The notes beneath the pieces are model-generated. The model was not told where the DNA came from and made no database searches. It was given only the letters and a program-made list of their open reading frames with translations. The position numbers were made by a program, and so were the translations under genes. From assembly GCF_009914755.1 (NCBI RefSeq), contig NC_060925.1: DNA of 64,000 bases; one strand, written 5' to 3'. The stretch is from the human T2T-CHM13v2.0 reference genome, Homo sapiens. Positions 12,180 to 25,689 of the stretch are shown one piece after another (within the stretch, counting starts at the first letter, position 1; each line of letters starts with the position of its first letter).

Positions 12180-12560
12180 TTTGGCAAACATTTATTAGGT
12201 AACTACTGTGTGCCAGACATATGCTAGGTAATAGGGATACTCAGATTAATTACCCAATTCTAACCACTAGGCATTCCCAGTCAAAAACGAGAGACAGAAA
12301 TTTACACAAGTGAATGTCATTAGATGGGATCCATCACATAACAGAGCCGTGGTGGAAGCCCAAAGGAGAGAATGGTCAATGCTTTTTAAGGAGATCAAGA
12401 CATATTTCATAAAGGAGGTTCTGCTGGAATGGAGTCTTAATATTTAAGAATGAATTTACCAGATGACAAAAGAAGAGAGAATGAGGACAGGAGCTCATGG
12501 TAGCATTAGGGAAACACATTGCGGGAAGAAAGAAAAATGAGGGCAAGGAGTAGAGAGAGA
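12180..12560 (-). mobile_element. L2 LINE 3' fragment
   Basis: CAAACATTTATT...CTACTGTGTGCCAGAC...TGCTAGG motif followed by purine-rich L2 body. Confidence 0.65.
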
Positions 12561-12580
12561 ATCTCTTTAGTAGACTAAAG

Positions 12581-12802
12581 CAAGAATTGAAAAATTATAG
12601 CTTGTGGACCAAAACCAGCCCACTGCCTGTTTTTGTAAATAAAGTTTTATTGTCAAAAAACCAACCTCCTCCATGTAGATATTGTTTATGGCTGCTTTTG
12701 CAATACAACAGCAGAGCTGAGTAACTGCAACAGAGACCATATGGCCGACAATTGCTAACATTTACTATTTGGCCTTTTACAGAAAAAGGTTACTAACCCC
12801 TG
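12581..12802 (+). mobile_element. MER58A, full length
   Basis: consensus-like body ending AACCCCTG; TSD GACTAAAG/GACTACAG. Confidence 0.88.
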
Positions 12803-13195
12803 GACTACAGCATCTGTCTACATAGAAGTAAACAAAATTTGATTCTGAGAATAAAAATAAAATTGTGGCATGTTCAATAAATAAACCAAACTTACTTTGT
12901 GTCTCTTGTGTGATAGGCAAAATGTTGAGATGAATATCACTGAATAACATAATCCCAAATTTCAGCTAAGGGCAAAAGAAAGAAGAAGTGGGGAAAGCCA
13001 TTATATAAGTAGTTGCATGAATGCCATAATCCAGGAATATAAAACTACAGGGACACCACAAAAGAGGAAGTAATTATCTCTGCTTTGGACCTCTGCTTTA
13101 GAATACAGATCTGTGGCAGCAGATAGGCTTTAAAGAATAAGCAGGAGTTATTAACTAAGTGAAACGGCATTGATTCTATTTCTAAAACATATATA

Positions 13196-13275
13196 TGAGG
13201 TTGGTGCAAGAGTAATTGCGGTTTTTGCCATTAAAAGTAATGGCAAAAGTCAAAATTACTCTTGCACCAACCTAA
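13196..13275. mobile_element. MADE1 (Hsmar1-derived 80-bp MITE; miR-548-type hairpin)
   Basis: 80-bp palindrome T(G)AGGTTGGTGCAA...TTGCACCAACCTAA flanked by TA on both sides. Confidence 0.95.
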
Positions 13276-13430
13276 TATATATTTGTTTACATTAGCAGTT
13301 ACTTCCCTCTTTTCAAATAAATTTTGCATGATTTGGAATGCTCTGAAACTTGTGGTACACGTGAGCTTGTACTGTTCTTCTGGCTGTGGCCTTTCTCCAA
13401 CATATACTGTTTAGCTCAAAGTTATATACA

Positions 13431-13710
13431 GGCTGGGTCTGGTGGCTCACACATAATCTCAGCACTTTGGGAGACCAAGGTGGGCAGATTGCTTGAGCTC
13501 AGGAGTTCAAGACCAGCCCAGCCCAAGCAACACAGCAACACCTCATCTCTAAAAAATTACAAAAACTAGCTGGGGGTGGTGGTGTGCGGCTATAGTCCCA
13601 GCTACTGGGAAGGCTGAGTGGGTAGGGTCACTTGAGCACGGGAGATGAAGGCTGCAGTGAGCTGTTTTTGCACCACTACATGCCAGCCTGGGTGATGAAG
13701 GAAAAAAAAA
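13431..13710 (+). mobile_element. AluJ
   Basis: GCTTGAGCTCAGGAG and GGCTGCAGTGAGC J-type positions; TSD AAAGTTATATACA/AAATGTTGTATACA. Confidence 0.9.
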
Positions 13711-13719
13711 TGTTGTATA

Positions 13720-15091
13720 CAATCATGTGTAGCTTAATAATAATGATAGGTGCTGAGAAATGCGTTGTTAGGTGGTTTCATTGTTGTGGGAACATCATAG
13801 AGTGCACTTATACAAGCTGAGATGGTAGAGCCTAGGTGTGTACTAGGCTGTAGGACAGGGCTTATTGCTCCTAGGCTATAAGCCTGTACAGCATGTTTCT
13901 ATACTGAATACTGCAAGCAATGGTAACACAATGTAATAATGTATACTGCAAGCAACTGTAACGCAAGAATATTTAAGCACATCTAAACGTAGAAGAGATA
14001 GAGTGAAAATACAATATAAAAGATAAAATGTGGTCCACCTCTATAGGGCACTTTACATTAATGAAGCCTGCAGGACTGGAATTTGTTCTTGGTGAGTCAG
14101 TGAGTGAGTGAAGGCCTAGTGGTCTTCACAGTGAATGTGGAGGCCTAGGACATTACCTTATACTACTGTAGACTTTACAAATGCTGTACACTTAAACTAC
14201 AATAAATTTATATGAGGTTTTTTTCCACAATAAATTTGTATGAGGTTTTGTTTTCTTCAATACTAAATTAACAGTAGCATACTATTACTTTTTACTTTAT
14301 AAATTGTTTAATTTTTTTAAGTTTTGATTCTTTTGTAATAATACTTAGCTTAAAATACAAATGCATTGTACAGCTGTACAAAAGTATTTCTTTCTTTATA
14401 TACTTATTTTATAAGCATTTTTCTATTTTAAAATTTTTTATTTATTTATTTTACTTTTTTAGATCTTTTGTTAAAAACTAAGACACAAACACACACATTA
14501 GACTAGGCCTATACAGGGTCAGAATCATCAATATCACTGTCTTCTACCTCTACATCTTGTCCCACTGGAAGGTCTTCAGGAACAATAACAGGCAGGGAGT
14601 GCCCTCTCTTATGATAACAATGCTTTCTTCTGAATACCTCCTGAAGGACCCGCTTGAGGCTGTTTTACAGTTAACAATTTTTTATAAGTAGGAGGAATGT
14701 ACTCTAAATAATGATAAAAAGTATAGTATAGTAAATACATAAACCAGTAACATAATTATTCATTATTATTATTATGAACTGTACATAATTGTATGTGCTA
14801 TTACATTAAATATGAAAATAAAAATTAAAAGAATCAGTTGGATACATTAAACATAGAAAAAGAAAAGCATAATTATATATGCTAGACTATTATGCAACTG
14901 GCAGCACAGTAGGCTTGTTTACACCAGTATCACCACAAACAGGTGAGTAATGCATTGAGCTATGATGTTATGGCAGCTACAACGTCCCCAGTGGATAGGG
15001 ACTTTTTTAGCTCTGTTATAATCTTACGGGATCACCATTATACGTGCAGTCCATTTTGTTGACCAAAATGTCATTATGTGAAAGACGACTA
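13720..15091. mobile_element. Tigger3b (MER7B-type) Tc1/mariner-pogo deletion derivative
   Basis: CAATCATG...CTGAGAAATGCGTTGTTAGG start, TTGACCAAAATGTCATTATG...GACT end, TA on both sides. Confidence 0.88.
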
Positions 15092-16364
15092 TACTACAAT
15101 CACAGAAACGTCAACATTATGACTAGAAGTTTTAATGTTGCAAATTGTGCACAAAGGAGAGGCCTTTTTCCTCATTGCTCCCACTCACAAGCAGATGGAA
15201 AATAATCTGACACATTTGGAACAGCTGGTAGGGTAGAAGTAATCTTCACATTTTAGAAACCTTTTTTGTGTTATGGCAAGAATAAGTTGTGCTTATTCGA
15301 ACCAGAATCTTGTCTCAGAACTTCCCTGATTTGACTCCTGGAATCTCCTTGGCAGGAAGATTCTCCAAATGCAGGTGCTAAGGACAGACTGCAAAGGTGG
15401 TTGCCTAAGACTACATAAAATGCCAAAAATAGAGACTAAAACAAGATGTAGGATTCTTGTTTGCAAATCAGTTTCCTTAAGCACTAGAACATGGTCTTAT
15501 TCTCTAAACAAATAACTAAATGAATAAATAAAGGTATCTTTCTTAACCATGTAATAACATTTAAACTTTGGCTTGTATTACCATAACAAACTAATGCAGC
15601 CTCATAGAGATATAACCAAAATCTATTAGGTCAGACATTCTAGAGGCTAAATAGTTTCTGATAAACATGCATATTTTGCATGAAAGAGTTTAAATAAAAT
15701 ACAAATACTTTGATGATATATATCCTTACTTGTATTGAGTAAATTGGATATTATTTTAGAATATGTTACTTTAAAAAGCAAATATTTCAAATGCCCATCA
15801 TGAGGCTTATACATATATTTTTAAGAATGATGTCATGCTGTTTGATAAATACATACATTGTTTTCTTTTCAGTGAAATAAATATCCAAGTCACCTGGACT
15901 GAGAACTTACTATGCTATCTTAAAGTAATGACCTGGGTTAGTGGCTTACTTCTAATTCCTTTCACTGGTATTTTTTTGCTCTCCCAGTTACACTTTAGAA
16001 GTCACTTGTTTGGTTCAAAAATATGATATGCTCTTTAGACTGATTTTACCCACATTATGATCAGTGAAATCATAGATGTTGCCATGCCTTAGAAATTAAT
16101 GGGACATGCCCAATTAATAAAAGCAGGATGGAACATTTAAGAAGAGGCTAAGAACTGGCACTCTATCTACACTCTAGGTAAAATGATATTTTACAATGGC
16201 TTTGACCTCTAGCTTCCCTTTGGGGATAGGATTCATTAGACTGCTTTCAGCTCTGCTTGGCAAAAACCCCACCAGTTTTACTTTGGTGCAGACCATTTGG
16301 ACTGGTACCATTCCTGGGCTGGCCTTGGGAAGATTCATGGATCAACTGATCTTGGGAGTGTTTT

Positions 16365-16500
16365 TAATAATTAATTCCTTAAAAAACATGTTTGGCTGCC
16401 TACTCTGTGCCAGACACTGTTCTAGAAACTGGAGATACATTGAGGATGTTGGGGGAACTGAAGACAAATTCATCGCTTTGATTAAGTATAGATTCTAGTT
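16365..16500 (-). mobile_element. L2 3' fragment
   Basis: TGCCTACTCTGTGCCAGACACTGTTCTAG...CTGGAGATACA. Confidence 0.6.
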
Positions 16501-17092
16501 AAGTCAAAGTTGTAATCTTTGTTTCTCTTTTTATTCCTAGTGAAAATGTGAGAATGTAAAATACAAAGTAAAAAAAAAAAGAAAAGAATAGTAATCAACC
16601 AAGAGAATTTATTTGGAAAATGGAAAATGAAAAAACATGGTTTCTAACATTCATCTGGAATAGCTACTAAGCCAGAAAATGTGAATTACAAAAAAAGAAG
16701 GCTTAAGAAATGGACTTGGCTTAAATGTCACACAAATCAACAAATAAATAAAACCAGAGCCTCTTTCATAGAAATAAACATTAAGAAAAAGATAAAGGGA
16801 GTGTTTATAAAACAGTGTACAAAGAAAATGGAAACATTTACATAAGAAACTGTATTTTATAAGAAACATACATAAATAAAAAAACAAATTTAGCCATGTA
16901 AAAGTAATGTTTCATAGCTTATATCATGGTATGGTATGTCTACTTTGTTATGAATAAAATTTGTAGTACATCATATATTTTTACCTCACAGATTCAGTGT
17001 CAGAAGAACTCAAACGTGGCGAAGAATAGATATAACATAACGCAATCAAAAGAATACGATGACTTAAGATGAATGACTTTTTATGAGTATTA

Positions 17093-17461
17093 CCATTGTC
17101 CCTCAGTATCTGCAGGGAATTGTTTCCAGGTCCCCCAACAGACACTGAAATCTGCCAATGCTCAAGTCCCTAATAAAGAAATCTCATAGTATTTGCATAT
17201 AACTTACACACATTTTCTCATACACTGTAAATCACCTTTACATACTTATAATACCTCACACAATGTAAATGCCATGTAAATAGTTGTTACACTGTAGTGT
17301 TTCTTATTTTTACTATTGTATTGTTATTTTTAAATTTTTTTAAATGCCTTTTATTTAATTTATTTAAATTATTTAAATTATTTAAAATAATTTTTGAATG
17401 CCTTTATCCAGGGATGGTTGAATCCATGAATGCAGAACCCATGGATACGGAGGGCTGACTG
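17093..17461. mobile_element. MER2 (Tigger family MITE)
   Basis: TIRs CCATTGTCCCTCAGTATC / GATACGGAGGGCTGACTG, TA TSDs. Confidence 0.88.
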
Positions 17462-19344
17462 TATTTCATCCCTATAGACTACTGAATCTCTTTAAGGCTG
17501 TTACTGTTGTTGCCTTATTTGTTCTTTCAATTTACATTCAAAACAAGTTTCTCTAGGGCAGCCTTCAAAAAAGAGTTGCCTTGAAGGTTTCTTCTTTGTC
17601 AACTTTCCAAGGCATATTAGAAAGTAGATATTTCTACTCAAATGGCCAAATCTCTTCCCACTTTCTCTGTAACGCTTATCTCTGCCCAGTATAAAATTCC
17701 AAATACACGTTCATTTCTTCCCAAACTCTTGCCCACCAGCATCGACTTCCTTGGTTCATCCAAATGTTCTGCACCCCCAACATGGAGCACCAGACACTTG
17801 TGGTGGGGACTTTGGTACTTCCTAGTGCTCATCGCTGTATTTTTTTTTCCTGTGAGACAAGCACTTTTGTTGAATTGAGTTTGGAAAAATAGAATATTTT
17901 CACTCTCAATACACGGTTTGATTTCACTGCCTTTAGCCAAGACAAACACCTCCAAAATCACCTTAAAATCTGAAGAAGGGTCTTTTGTTTTTTGCCAGAG
18001 GTTTAACTAGATGTGAAGTATATAGTTATGATGCTCATAGAATTATAGTAAGTTAAAGAAACTGGATTTCTGTCTGACTAGCAAAGCCTGAGTTTTTTTT
18101 AACTGTGGCTTCACCCCAGTTGTCTCTGGGGTCCTCTAACCTGGAGATAACAATAAAGAAGCACAAGGTTGGAGAGAATTTACTTCCTCAGTCTGGTGCC
18201 AGAACGGGGGCATTTAGGGAGTAGAGAACGGCTTTTGTCACACGGTATGCCTCATCAGAATCACCTTAGGAAACTGCTTTTCAGAACTTCAATATTTGTC
18301 ATCGGTGTAGTTCCCAAGGATTTTGATATATTGATATTAGGAGCTTTAGGTGGATTTGTGGAAATATTTTTGAAATGTCCAAGTATCATGATTTGAAAAA
18401 AAATTCATTTGAATGCAATCATCTTAACACTGCTGTGTTTGCAAGCAGTACCACTAGTTCAATGCAATAATTTTTCTCAGTTTATTCCTTTAAAGGTTCC
18501 CAGAAATAGAAAAGCCATGTGAGGTTTCTTGGTACAATTTCTTCAAATATTGAAGTTTCAAATTTAGGAGACAATATAAAAGGAAGAAAAGGAGGAATAT
18601 ATTGTGCTGATTAGGTAACAAATTGAAAAACCATGGGGGCATTTCTGCTTTGGAGAATGAAGCTGTAGCAGTGGGAAATAAACCCTTATGTAAATCACTG
18701 GTGAAATTAATACATTTTAAAAGTTATCAGAGCCAAACTGCTGAATCCTATAGTTTGTCGTCAGTAAATTAAATGCAAAAATCACTAATTTAATTTGTAT
18801 GAATTACCAGTTGACTTCTAATGTATGGAATAATAAGAACTAATGCTACTTTATGAGCTGGAAATGAGATTTTTTATTTTCAAAAGAGCAAAAAGACAAG
18901 AAATAAAATTGATTCAGAGCCCAAACAACCTTTTAGTTAACAGCAATTTGTTGACTTCTAAAAAAAAAACAAACACCTTTTTTGGGTTTTATTTGCAATT
19001 TTTTTATTCAAATTTAACTCAGATGAGATGTTGAGAGGCAACTGGCTTCCTCGTAAAGCTGGTCTGGTTCTGATCCAAGAGAAGAGGGTCCCAAGTCAGG
19101 ATAAGGTGATCACGCTGCAGTTTACCCAAGACAATCACCTGCAGCCCACTTTCTCATCTTTAAACTCAATGACAGGAATAGGAGGGATTTTTGTTTGTTA
19201 GGGTTTGTTTTGTTTTGTTTGCCTTTATTATGTTTTGTACTGAGTGTGAAATTCTGAGCTTATGAAACTGGCCAAACAAAAAAACATTTCAGTGGCAATA
19301 TCTGGGATTACAAAATAAATTCAAATTCTGGATCCTTAGCAAAA

Positions 19345-19515
19345 ATCAGCATTATAGAATGTTTAGAACTCTGAGGAACTTAAGAGTTCGTTTTTGTCCA
19401 GCTACCTATTTTGTAGGTAGATAATCAGAGACTCAGAGAGATGAGGAGACATCGGAGGCTGTGTAGCTAATTCAGCCTGGACTGAAAGTCAGGGCTTGGA
19501 GCCAGAGCTCTTAAT
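19345..19515 (-). mobile_element. MIR/MIR3 fragment
   Basis: ATTTTGTAGGTAG...GAGACTCAGAGAG...CCAGAGCTCTT core similarity. Confidence 0.5.
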
Positions 19516-20389
19516 CTTTCATTAATTGCAAAATGTAGAGACCTCCATTGGAAAGGGACCCTTTTACATACACACTTAATTCTTCCTTTCACCTCCCCCA
19601 CAACATCCCTACCTTTGGAGGCTGCTTAGGTAAGATTTAAAACCATGATCTCACAACTAGGGTGATTGGGAAGATACATACTGTGTCACGCAGGCTGCTT
19701 TCTTTTGGAATCATATTTCTTTCCTAAATGTATCCCTGGAAATATGGTGTTTGGTGTTTTCCTTAGCTTGGGGGTCCTCATCTTCAGAGACACGAGCTAC
19801 AAAGTGGCTTCCTTGTGGTTGTTCAGTCCCCTGAAGGATGTGCCTGAGTAGTTCTGGAAAGTAACTTTATTTATCTAACTGGCAAAATAAGTGAAGATAA
19901 AAATTCAAGATAACTGAACAAAGGAAGAATAATTTTATAAACTGTTTCCATAATAAACTGGTTTAAAAAGCAACAGTGAGGTCATTTGGAATAGACCGAT
20001 CCAAAGGGACATTTGGATTCCTAGTACGAGGTGTGTAGGCCTGTATCTGTCCTGTCACTCTTCTGGTGAATGGCTCTTTTTTTTTTCTTTATCTTTTGCA
20101 AATGGGTTTTTTGGCTGTCAAGACTACATGGATGATTCCCTTTCCCATGGAGCTTGTGAAGCTCAGTTTAACATTTAGAATAGAGTCACCAAAATAGAAG
20201 TCAGAAGAAAGCATAGTGAATGTCAGAATTAAACTCCACACTCTTGATAGATGAGGAAACTGAGTTCCAGTGACCAGTGACCACGACAAAGTTTTGTAGC
20301 TTAATAAAAATGAGCAGAGACCAGAAGCCAGGTTTCTCAATGCCTGTATTTTCTTATGCCTTCAACCACAATATCATCTGGCTACAGGA

Positions 20390-20625
20390 ATGGCATGTTG
20401 AGAGGTGTGCGGGCTCTGGAATCTGGGGTCTATAATGAAATCCCAGCTCTAGCACTTACTATAAATATATCCTGGTAAAGTTACTTTATCTCCCTGTGCT
20501 GTATTTTTCTCCTCTGCAGCATAGGAATAAAATAGTCTTTATCACATCAGGTTGTTGTGAAGATTAATAGGCTTAGCTCAGTGCCTGGCTCAAACATAGT
20601 AAGAGCACAATAAATGTTAGCTTTT
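20390..20625 (+). mobile_element. MIR
   Basis: GGGCTCTGGAATC...AATCCCAGCTCT...GGTTGTTGTGAAGATTAA...CAATAAATGTTAGC. Confidence 0.75.
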
Positions 20626-20965
20626 AATAGAAGGAAGAGTCCTGGAACAGCAGCAAGGAATGCTGGAAAGGAAATCTGATCCTGGTCGCAGGGATACATT
20701 TGCCTGTGGTTTAACCTGGGTCTGAAAAAGGAATACAAATAGACTAACCCAAAACTAATTTTTTGACAATTCGATTGTATACGTAAAATACTTAGCACTC
20801 TGCCTGACACAATTCGAGTGATGGAAAAACATCCAGTAACTCTTTTGTTGTTGTTAGCATAGTCTAATTTATTCATGGGCACTGGCTTACTCAACCCACC
20901 CAGCATCCAAGATTTGGCAAGTTTGGTTAAGCAGTGCCTGCAAATAGGAAATCTCCAAGACTTAT

Positions 20966-21276
20966 TGTATTTTCAGAGTTCTCCAAAGAAACAGAACCGA
21001 TAGGAGATACACATAGAGGAGATACATGATAGGAGATGTCTCAGGTCAAAAAGAGAGAGCAAGTCTCCCCTTTCTCCCCTTTTGTTCTATTCAGGTCCTC
21101 GATAGATTGGATGATGCTTGCCCACATTGATGAGGGCAGATCTTCTTTACACGGTCTATCAATTTTAATGCAAATCTCTTCCAAAAGGCCTTCACAGGTG
21201 TACCCAGAAATAATATTTTACCAACTATCCAGGCATCCCTTAACCCAGTTAAGTACAGGTAAAATTAGCCATTCAC
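20966..21276 (-). mobile_element. MLT2B-like ERVL LTR with internal deletion
   Basis: GTTCTCCAAAGAAACAGAACC start; TTTTGTTCTATTCAGG...CCCAGAAATAAT...AAAATTAGCCAT end. Confidence 0.75.
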
Positions 21277-21379
21277 TTACGTTTGTCAAAAAATATTTTC
21301 ATAGCAGGGTGTGTGAGAAGTGCAATGTTAGCATGTAAAGAGAGCAAACGGTAAGGGTACTGAGCCCATATGGCAGGAA

Positions 21380-22720
21380 GGGGACTGGTTGAGGTTAAGG
21401 GTTTTGGGGAAGACGGTATAAGTCTTGCAGGATGAGCAGGTATAAGTTAGAAGAAGAAGTTGAGGGAGGGGGACATTATAATTAGTATAAAGAGCATGTG
21501 CAGAGGAAGAATGCATAACGAGACAGAACACTCCGGAGAAACTTACAGGTCATTCAATGTGGCTAAATCTCAAAGTTTAAAAAGAGGAATGGAGCAAGGT
21601 ATAGCTGAAGTGGAAGTCAAGTTCAGATCATGTTATGCTAGGCACTTCCACCCTTATCCTGAATGCTTTGGTAAGTCATTTAAGTATTTGTATGCCAAGG
21701 AATTACTTTACCAAATATTTCTTTAAGAAGGTAACCCCGGATGCTGAAGCATGGATTGGAAAAATAATGAGTGGAAGAATGAAAAAAAGTTAAGAAAAAA
21801 TAAAAACCAAATGAAGGCATGAATGGTGAGAGTGGAAGAGGGGCTGAAATCAGGTGACCTCGAGATATCAGGACAGGGAGGTGTGAGGCAGAAGGAAAGC
21901 TCAAGGATGATTTAAGTTTCGTAGGTTGATGAAAGTAGCACTCACAGAAAAATAACATGCTGTTGGAGGAGCAGATATTGAGACTGGAACAATGAAGAAG
22001 ATGTTCAATTTAAAGTTGCATATATTGGATTTGAAGATGCATAGGACACTGTCCAGACACATGGGAATACATACAGCCTTTTTGAAGCAAACTGTGAGAG
22101 AAAAATCAGTTGTGCTTTTCACAAAACTGCAGCTGTGTTTGCTCTTACTCCTTCCCTTACTCATTTTCTTTTTTGCTCATTCATGCTTTTCTGAGACTGT
22201 ACTTCCTAAGAAAGTAGTAGCATGTAAAGATTTGCCCCACTTAGGCTGCTTTTGAGGAACTCAGGAATGGTAGTGATTGCTACCATGCAAGTGAATGAGC
22301 CTGTCCAGAAAGTGTGTGTAGAGTGATTGGAAGAAGAGTATAGGGGTGGGTTCCTGGGAAATCAGTGTATAATAACCAAATGGCATGAGAAGGGCCTGAA
22401 GAAAGCCAAGGCCAGGGCAGAGAGGGAGAAGAAAAACTAGGAGTGATCAGTGTTATAAACCCAAGGGAGGATAAGGTCTGAGATAACAGGAGTGGCCGAT
22501 GGAATTAGAAGTGCAGTAGTACTCAGTAAGATCACATAAGGGAAGAACTGGCATTTTGAAATTAACACATAGGAGAACACTGCCAGTCTTGGCCAAAGGT
22601 AGAGACAAGGCCAGGTTACAGGGCATTTAAGGATGAATCAGAAAAGACGAAACATAGGTTGCAGACACAGATGGTGCTGTAAGCATGTTGGTTATGAAAG
22701 CAAGAAGAGAGGTAGTGCTG
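21380..22720 (-). mobile_element. L2 LINE, fragmented
   Basis: long purine-rich stretch with L2 motifs (CAGATCATG...CTTATCCTGAA; GTTCAATTT...TTGGATTTGAAGATGC). Confidence 0.55.
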
Positions 22721-23340
22721 CAGCTAGAAAGAAATATTTGGTGGAAGAGAGGATTTTTAATTTCTATTTTTATTTTGATGTTGTTTTAAGAGTGGAGAAA
22801 CCTGAGAATATTTATACCCAAAAGAAAATGATCCCACAGAGAACACCAGTTTGAAGATTCACACAATAGAGAACCTGCACATGTACACACCTACTAACAG
22901 AACACAGCATTTTCCTGTTACTTCCCTTGAATGCTTTCAGAAATCCAGAAATGTGTTTTACTCCTCCAAATCTAGCATCAGAAATTTGGCTACACGGGTC
23001 TGTTTGAGGAGGTTCGGTGCTTCTAAGTGATTCAGACATTCCAGCAACTTGAATTGGACATCTTCAGGCTATTCTAGAGAGCAGCATATAGTTACTGGGC
23101 TTGCTCCTTCAGACTTTTGGCTTGAAACAAAGTTAAATCTCAGTATCCAAACCAGATAAAATCAGCCCAAGTCAAGGTACACCTAAATTCCAGAATAGAA
23201 CAAGATTCTTGTTTGTGAACTCTTCAGAATTCTCCTGTGAATTGTCCCAGAGAAATAATGCAGTCACGAAGTGTGATGAATTCTAGGCTAACGCAACTCA
23301 GGAAACTTCCTTTCATTAATTTTTTTTTTCCTGAAACTTA

Positions 23341-23420
23341 CACAGACACACACACACACACACACACGCACTTTCTCTCTCTCTCAGTCTCTGTTTCTCT
23401 CTCTCTCACATACACACACA
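23341..23420. repeat. compound (CA)n/(CT)n microsatellite
   Basis: CA run followed by CT run and short CA run. Confidence 0.9.
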
Positions 23421-24118
23421 GAATCAGAATCAAGTGAGTACAAAGGTTGTCCATGTTTTTTAACAATCACTGATTTTAGTGCTTACAGGATGTTTTTAGA
23501 ATGATTGAGTTCAATACTCTCATTTTACAGCTAAATAAAATGAGGCATAATGAAAACATAACAATAACAACAGCATAATGATAATGAATCATAATTATAA
23601 TATGCTCTCACATATATTAACTTATTTGATTCTGAGATAAACCTTAAGGGAAGAGGAACAAAACTAAACTGGATTGGAATCATACCTTAAAGATACTGTC
23701 TTTTAATCCTCACACTTCTATAAAATAGGGGTATTTATCTTCTTTTGCTGTGAGCTGCAGGTTGAATACGTTGTTTCCATTTTACAGGTACAGAAACTAA
23801 AGTTAAGATATGTAAAAGGATGTGCTTGAAGTCAGACAAATATTCTGAGTCTAAAAATCATGTTAGAATTGATGATAGACCTCACAATTCTTTGATTTCA
23901 GAGATTTCTTTCATTTATTTTTCATTTTATATTTTTATAGCATTTTATGCTTATCAAGGTAGTTTCACTTACAAGATTTAATTAATTGTTATGACAACTC
24001 TTTATGATAGATGAAACCTAGAAACAAAATGAAAGATGAAGCACTGGTAGAAAGTCTCACAAGTAAACGATTGTGCTAGTACTAAAACAAATTGGGCTCT
24101 GAAGTTTTGTCCCCAGAT

Positions 24119-24305
24119 CAGTTTTTTCTCAATTCTGCGGGCAAATTGGAATTATCTGAGGTTTTTTTTTTTTTTTTTTTTTTTTTTAAATGCAAGTGCC
24201 TGGGTCCCACCCCAGACTAATTGGATCAGAATCTCTCATGGATGGGCGCTGGGTGTCTGGATTTTTTTTTTTAAAGCTTTTCAGAGCCTGTGTTGAGAAT
24301 CACTG
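24119..24305. mobile_element. MER5A1 with internal T26 run (24162-24187)
   Basis: CCTGGGTCCCACCCCAGACTAATT..ATCAGAATCTCT; ends GTTGAGAATCACTG. Confidence 0.75.
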
Positions 24306-25689
24306 CAACATAGCATACATTTAAAGTTCTTAATTTTTGTTCCACTGGGTTTGATTTCCTCTTCTGCAATAATAGCTAACATTTTTGTAGCATTCTGGCA
24401 GGGATGTGGAATTCATTTTATTTTAGCTCTCCACTGAACAGAAACAGTGCTACTGTGTATACAAGTATCTTGTAACGCAGGTTACCAAATTCCTATTAAA
24501 TTGCTCTCTCTAACAGTAAAAAAATTAAATAAATAAACATAATCTCTTCCACCTTATGCTGCTGTAAGGCAGTCAGACACTTTCTGTATCCATATAGCAT
24601 TGGGTGGCTAACATCATATTGCATAAGTAAAGTAAAGAGGAATGAATACTAGAAACATAATACCTTTGTGTTAATTGCTGATGATGGTGGCTACAGCGTG
24701 AGCAGGAACTCCCTGTTGCAGGATGAGACTCGGAACGTGGATGAGCACAGAGCTTACTGTCTCCTACACCAGAGCCCCCCGTGTATTATTGCTGGTATCC
24801 ATGTGTAACAGATAGTATTGTGCACTGAGCTGGAAGATAATAAATAGATGTGAGATGATGATTTACAGAAGGGTGCTTAGAACTCCTTGAACTGGCAGAA
24901 GGAGAAAACGGTGCTGGTACAAGGTTGAACTGTCAAACTAAAAATCCCTTTTTTCCTTTCTCCCCAGAGGGCAATTTCTCCAAGACTTAGCTTGCTTTCT
25001 GCCTTATCATCAGGAAATTGGTGGTTAATTACGAAAATGCCTGATCCAAAATTTCTGTCATATTTTTTCCCCTTTTGGTTGACTTTCTCTAAAATATATC
25101 TCATTTTTAGTGAAAAAAAAGGTCTCATTAAAACTACCTTTACTTTAGGAGTCTTTGTGCAACTATTTCTGCTCCTTTTTAAATAAAATCCTCCCTTATT
25201 TAACTGAGAAATTTAATGATATTGTGGGCCTAACTAAAATCTGTAATATTTGAGATTTTAACAACAGCAACAAAAATTCTAAAATAGAAACGGGAAATGC
25301 CAGTGAATTGTTTGCATGATTTCTTATCACACAATTGTTTTATTTCATACATTTCTCATTGACAAAGGAAGAAACAAGTCTAGAGAAAGTGATGGTGATA
25401 GATATATTAAGGTGATTAATGATATTATTTGGATGATGGCTCAATTGTACAAATGAAAAATAGGTTGTTTATTTATCCAAGACTGTGCTACTTTTTTATC
25501 ATTCTAATATTAAAAATAATCACAAGACTGAAGCATTAACTAACATTGCCAAAAAATGGAAAATGATTTATTTAAGGGCTCATCTTAGGCCAGATGTTAC
25601 ATGGAAAAATGAGTTGCTGTTAAAGATGAGATTTTTTTTACATATAGGCCAAGTAAGCTAGCCCTTGCCTTGATCTCGGGGGCCCATCA

